A model generated the notes under the pieces. That model saw nothing but the letters and a program-made list of their open reading frames with translations. It searched no databases and was not told the DNA's origin. A stretch of 64,000 nucleotides of DNA from Candidatus Latescibacterota bacterium (GTDB lineage Bacteria > Latescibacterota > UBA2968 > UBA8231). Positions 61,001 to 64,000 of the stretch are shown here, one piece after another. The number at the start of each line of letters is the position of its first letter. The first letter of the stretch is position 1. The stretch is from contig CBDCXV010000009.1 in the NCBI GenBank assembly GCA_965223905.1, forward strand, positions 768,001 through 832,000. Direction: 5' to 3'. Made by a program: the position numbers and the translations under genes.

Positions 61001-64000
61001 CCATCCCCGTGTTAATAAGCCTGAACGACCTCAACGAGGCTCCGGAGTTCATCAGCGACGCGGCCTTCGAGGCGGCGGAGAACCAGACCTTTGCCGGCCT
61101 GGTGGAAGCCGAGGACCTCGATGGCGCCGACCGCGTCACGAACTACACCCTCACCGGCGGGGCCGACCAGGACCGGTTCGAGATCAACAGCGCAGGGGTG
61201 CTGGCCTTCAAGGATGACCCCGACTTCGAGAAACCCGCGGATTCCGGGAGGAACAACACATACAATGTGGCGGTCACGGCCACCGGCGGCTCGGGAGGCC
61301 GCGCCCTGACCGCGGAACAAGCGATCACCGTCACCGTCACCGACGAGAACGAGCCGCCGGCTTTCACCAGCGACGATGCCTTCACGGTCAAGGAAAACGA
61401 GCGCTTCGCCGGCCGGGTTGCTGCCGGGGACGTCGATAGAGACGATGCCATCACCGGCTACGAGGTAACCGGCGGGGCCGACGGGAGCCGGTTCGAGATC
61501 GCCAATACCCACGAGTTGCGCTTCAAGGAGGATCCCGACTTCGAGCGGCCGGCGGATGCGGGAGGAAGCAACGAATACAGCGTGGTGGTAGAGGCCACCG
61601 GCGGCACCGGGATCCGGGAGCTGACCGCGACGCAGACGGTCACCGTCATCGTGGAGGATGTAGACGAGCCGCCGGGCAAGCCGGAGCCGCCGACCATAGC
61701 TGCCAGGAAGCGGAACAGTTTGACCGTGCGCTGGACGGCACCCGCCAACACCGGGCCGGACATTGCGGACTACGGGGGGCAATACGGAATAGCCGGCAGC
61801 GGTACCGTCGAGGGCGGCTGGGACCGCGTCGGCACGGCCACGGAGGCGACGGTCGACAATCTGTCTGCGGACACGGCCTACGAAATACAGGTGCGGGCGA
61901 CGAGTGCGGAAGGGAAGAGCGGCTGGTCGGAACCGGCGGAGGGACGGACCGAAGAGAACCGGGTTCCGGTTTTCGGCGAGGGGCCGAGCACGAGGCGCGA
62001 GCTCGCGGAGAACACGGCCGCCCATGTGAACGTCGGCCTGCCGGTGACGGCAACCGACGCCGACGCCGACAGGCTCATCTACAGCTTGGAACGCCCGGCA
62101 GAGAGCCCGTTCACCATCGATTCACCTAGCGGTCAACTCAAGACGAGAGACGGTGTGGCATACAATCACGAGGAGCAGTCCGAGCATGCGGTAACGGCGC
62201 GCGTGGAGGACGGCCATGGCGGCAGTGCGACGATTGTCGTGACCGTTGCCATTCTGGATGTCGAGAACTCCGCAATAACCGCGGATGCCGGATGGGACCT
62301 GACGGTGGCGGCCGGCGGAACCGGCTATCTGGACGGCACGGGCTCGAGCACCGAGGAAGGTGAGTTGAGCTGGTCCTGGTCGCTGCTCTCCTGGCCGGGA
62401 GACGACCCGCCGGCGCTGGACGACCCGGCCAGCCCGACCCCGTCGTTCGCCGCGGCCGCCGAGGGGACCTACGCCGTTCGGCTCGCGGTCAGCAACGGCA
62501 GCCAGAGCGCCAGCGACGAGGTGCTGGTCACGGTACGGCCATCGGCGGAGGCCGGCCTGCTGGTCACGGCCGACCTGTTGGCGGACACCAACCGGGACGG
62601 CCGGGTGGATCCGTCCGACGAGCCCGGCGAGAACACCTCGACCGAGGCTTCCGGAGCCCTGTTCGGTCTCAATGCGGATGATGATGACGGGGATGGGGTT
62701 CAGGACGGGTGGGACGATCGGGCGAACGGCGATGCGGACCTCCTGGACACGGCGCCCGTGGTGGTGAGGCGGATCTCCGGGCTGCACAGAAACCACTCCG
62801 TCGTGCTGGAAATGGCCTACCAGTCGGTGTTGCAGGACGAATTTGCCTGGACGTCCGTCGGCCCGCAATTGTTCTACCAACGGGCGGACGGCGACGTCGA
62901 GCTGTTGATTGCCGGCGGCGACCTGCGGGCGGAGCTACCGATCGATCAACTGGTTGCCGGCGACCTGCGCCTGTACATCGAGAGCCGGTTCGGACGACAC
63001 TTGCACTTCGATGGAAAGCTCTCGCTCACGCTGACCGTCCGGGACGGTGGATCCGCGATATCGCAGGACAGGGTCGTCCTGCGGGCGAGTCCGATCCTGT
63101 TCTCGCATCATCTGCAGCCCGCCGAGCGGGTGTTCGTGGTGGGAATCCCCGCCTGGGATTCTCTCTCCAACACGGCGCTCCTCGACGCCCTGGAGGCCCA
63201 TCTGCCCGCGTCGACCGAACTGTACCGGCTCGATTCCTCGACATACGATAACGACCGCTGGATTCAGGATTCCATGGAGACCGGCTATGTGCAGCGGCCT
63301 TCCGCCGCCGGAGTGGAGACGGCGGCGGTTCACACGCAGATGCTTCGCGGTCGCGGCCTCCATCGCTTCCTGCCGGAAGAGTATCTGAGCGCGGAAGTGG
63401 GCTATGTGTACCCCAGCGGCGTATCCGGCACCAGCTTCAACTACGGCGGCAACGTGGAGGTCATTCCACCGTATACACACAACGGCAGAACCTGGTCTTT
63501 CGGGCGCCTGGTGATCGGCGACAATCCAACCCGCCGGGACTGGGCAATGGACCGCTGGCAGTTTGCCTTCTTCGAGTCACAAGGTGTGCAGGGGCCGCCG
63601 ATCGAGGTAGACACGAGCTGGCTCACGGTCTCCCATGTCGATGAGCTGTTCTCGGCGCTTCCCAACCACAATGCGGCGCCGGGAGAGAGACCCTGGGTCA
63701 TCGCCATCGCCTCGCCCGCGCTGGCCGTCGAGTTGCTCGAGGAGGCAGTGGAGCAAGGCTACGGCGACGCGCCCGTATTCGAGGGCCGCGGGTCTGATGA
63801 AACCACGGCACAGGAGATGCTGGCCGACCGCCGCCTCATGGCCGCAAACGACGACGCACAGCGGCGGATCGACACCGTGCGGGAGCGATTGATGACGGAG
63901 GCGGGCCTTGCGGACAGCGACTTCCGGGAAGTGCCGGCCCTGTTCTACGAGTTTTTCCACAATGAACTGTCTTATGGAATGCTGGCTCTGGTTCCCAGCA
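55036..64000 (+). CDS. Giant surface protein (about 2,990 aa or more, incomplete): signal peptide, FlgD-like, G/A linker, dockerin, two six-bladed YWTD propellers, Ig-like, poly-Pro, cadherin/FN3 array, PKD-like and protein-arginine deiminase (PAD) domains
   Basis: Frame +1 appears open from the TAG at 54925 to the window end, and the track lists no frame +1 ORF there. Motifs: NYPNPFNPST; GDVDGNG and GDVNGDG; 12 YW(T/S/A/P)D repeats; DRWIQD (63253-63270); GGNVEVIPP; WLTVSHVDE (His at 63634). Start uncertain: ATG 55036, or near 55066 behind GGAGA. Confidence 0.88.
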   Translation, partial: MRPTLRLENPIDTSRILAARRSWASFPGAGGFGWLLAVLGCLAAPGSGAAAAAGAEPLLEGRVLLSSGAPAAGVRVRLFAELGRSLGATADESGYFALPLNALRKAAPLPARLRLGQNYPNPFNPSTIIPYQLPAPARVRLEVFNILGQRVATLVDGARPAGFHTATWNGTDASGRGVGSGVYLYRLLGGGERLTRSMVLLDGPVVPAGGGGSGGAGDPWSGGADGAGAPAAGTGAEADAGSFGGADSWSGAAGTAGHAAESEADPWGGAVGSADGFVSAGHPPGSAAGGAVSGGAADPSDKPAGAGGTGPEKWAPAGGAASGGASAAGPTGGMGARASARGDGRVYGLTVSGPGLVPWVDPAFRVGAGPVEIQVQPLSSRPRGKVAAGGLLGDVDGNGRVDLADALLVASYSEDPTLSLPTGDISLGDVNGDGQVNLADARLIEAYHADPSDPSLPEGIGAPVAAADAPMLYWTDAGSDRIQRARLDGSGVEDVVDSGLVNPRGLAVDSAAGKLYWSDYGSDRIQRSNLDGSDIEDLVTAGLQIPLALALDAAGGKLYWTDNGTDRIQRANLDGTEIEDLVTGLRTPLGLALDAAAGKLYWTDSGADRIQRAELDGSEIEDLVTEGLQIPRGLALDTAGGKLYWADSGTDRIQRANLDGTEIEDLVTTGLGTPRGLALDVSAGKLYWADSSTDRIQRSNLDGSEIEDLVTEGLLSPRGLALARTLSTDNQAPALEPLADRTAATGDSLTLELAGSDPDGDALTYTASSGDEAVATAEAADSLVTLRLLAVGETAVTVTARDPGGLQATRTFTVTVQASNEPPLAVPWLYWSDARTDRIQRAELDGSDIRTLVGGLGQPRDLALDRDGGRMYWTDSGADKIQRAHLDGSRVEDLVTEGLKEPFGLALDKAGGKIYWSDWGTDKIQRSNLDGSEIEDLVATGLNEPYGLALDLEEGKIYWTDWGADKIQRANLDGSEVEDLVTGLNQPRGIALDLEEGRMYWPDWGTDKIQRANLDGSGVEDLVTEGLKTSQAIALDLEEGRMYWTDYGTDKIQRAHLDGSQVEDLVTSGLKEPYGLTLGAGLPAQILKVEGDAATLNLAGRFRDPEGGPLTLTATSSDEAVAAATLADSVLTIAPVAPGQVTVAVTARDQGGRHTTLPVPVTVYPANRPPVARTLADRRIRIDRPARVDLTSAFTDPDETDVLTYTAASSNEAVATAAVEGVGVLITPKTTGQMTIAVTARDPEGLEASLSFRVTVEPKPPPKPPPRPPSDSSSSNDSGGGGGPVTPPRPPPPPPPPPPPPPGPNNAPTFDEGPAATRSVAENTGANRNIQHPVRATDDGHRLTYRLSGTDEARFAVVSGSGQLRTRSGVTYDFEAKDRYEVTVEVDDPYGGTDAIDVTVHVADIDEPPQAPGRPQVDPASSTSLTVTWTEPANTGPDVHDYDVQYRKSGSFLPWPHTGPGTAATIPDLEVNTRYEVQVRAHNDEGESSWSASGFGTTSANQRPVFDESAPTRSLDENTTGTQDIGAPVRATDPENTALTYRLSGRDASSFTLDENNGQLRTRPGVAYDFETRSRYSVTVEATDEPGGGTTVTVTIELIDDDNERPDRPDRPTVTASTLNSLSIRWTAPANTGPDIHDYDVQYSEDGGTFGDWPHTGPGTSTTITSLTADTRYQVQVLARSPEGESLWSQSVEVRTVANQAPTFSEGSRTSRSLDENTAGTNDIGNPVTATDNDGGTLDYRLAGTDAAHFDLDANDGQLETRSGETYDFEEKARYEVTVRVEDGQGGSNTIEVTINLRDETEPPEDPAAPSVSAASSTSLTVTWAEPATTGPDISDYDVQYREGDSGSFSSWSHNSAERTATITSLTPDTDYQVQVLARNAEGASDWSSSGTGSTDPNQLPVFTDGSSATRRLDENTTGVEDVGDLVGATDPENTPLTYSLEGTDADAFAIDTRSGQLRTDGDETYDYETKPRYVLRVKATDGHGRDRTIPVLISLNDLNEAPEFISDAAFEAAENQTFAGLVEAEDLDGADRVTNYTLTGGADQDRFEINSAGVLAFKDDPDFEKPADSGRNNTYNVAVTATGGSGGRALTAEQAITVTVTDENEPPAFTSDDAFTVKENERFAGRVAAGDVDRDDAITGYEVTGGADGSRFEIANTHELRFKEDPDFERPADAGGSNEYSVVVEATGGTGIRELTATQTVTVIVEDVDEPPGKPEPPTIAARKRNSLTVRWTAPANTGPDIADYGGQYGIAGSGTVEGGWDRVGTATEATVDNLSADTAYEIQVRATSAEGKSGWSEPAEGRTEENRVPVFGEGPSTRRELAENTAAHVNVGLPVTATDADADRLIYSLERPAESPFTIDSPSGQLKTRDGVAYNHEEQSEHAVTARVEDGHGGSATIVVTVAILDVENSAITADAGWDLTVAAGGTGYLDGTGSSTEEGELSWSWSLLSWPGDDPPALDDPASPTPSFAAAAEGTYAVRLAVSNGSQSASDEVLVTVRPSAEAGLLVTADLLADTNRDGRVDPSDEPGENTSTEASGALFGLNADDDDGDGVQDGWDDRANGDADLLDTAPVVVRRISGLHRNHSVVLEMAYQSVLQDEFAWTSVGPQLFYQRADGDVELLIAGGDLRAELPIDQLVAGDLRLYIESRFGRHLHFDGKLSLTLTVRDGGSAISQDRVVLRASPILFSHHLQPAERVFVVGIPAWDSLSNTALLDALEAHLPASTELYRLDSSTYDNDRWIQDSMETGYVQRPSAAGVETAAVHTQMLRGRGLHRFLPEEYLSAEVGYVYPSGVSGTSFNYGGNVEVIPPYTHNGRTWSFGRLVIGDNPTRRDWAMDRWQFAFFESQGVQGPPIEVDTSWLTVSHVDELFSALPNHNAAPGERPWVIAIASPALAVELLEEAVEQGYGDAPVFEGRGSDETTAQEMLADRRLMAANDDAQRRIDTVRERLMTEAGLADSDFREVPALFYEFFHNELSYGMLALVPS

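Overview
GC-rich bacterial chromosomal window. The gene content (FN3, YWTD and cadherin giant surface proteins with FlgD/T9SS-type tail domains, several PhyH, enolase-superfamily and Gfo/Idh enzymes, many toxin-antitoxin remnants) resembles uncultured FCB-group symbionts such as Latescibacterota or Gemmatimonadota; this is inference, not a database result. Housekeeping blocks are sugar/sugar-acid catabolism (about 5.7-18.6 kb and 32.4-36 kb), an RND efflux operon, a DUF4956/SBP/YjiK-like/Omp85 cluster and a GH29 enzyme. Between them lie accessory patches of decayed TA and restriction-modification modules and collapsed copies of neighbouring genes. The main finding is an ORF of about 2,990 aa or more at 55036->64000, absent from the supplied ORF track because it runs off the window. 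It is a giant adhesin-like protein (FlgD, dockerin, 2 YWTD propellers, cadherin/FN3, PKD) ending in a mammalian-type protein-arginine deiminase (PAD) domain. It is preceded by a consensus sigma54 promoter and three enhancer-like palindromes. Also notable is a protein with 21 FN3 modules and apparently shuffled loops next to a Cre-like recombinase and a decayed phage portal gene. All family calls come from recognised motifs, not searches. Several single-base frameshifts may be long-read errors. No rRNA, tRNA or CRISPR array was seen.
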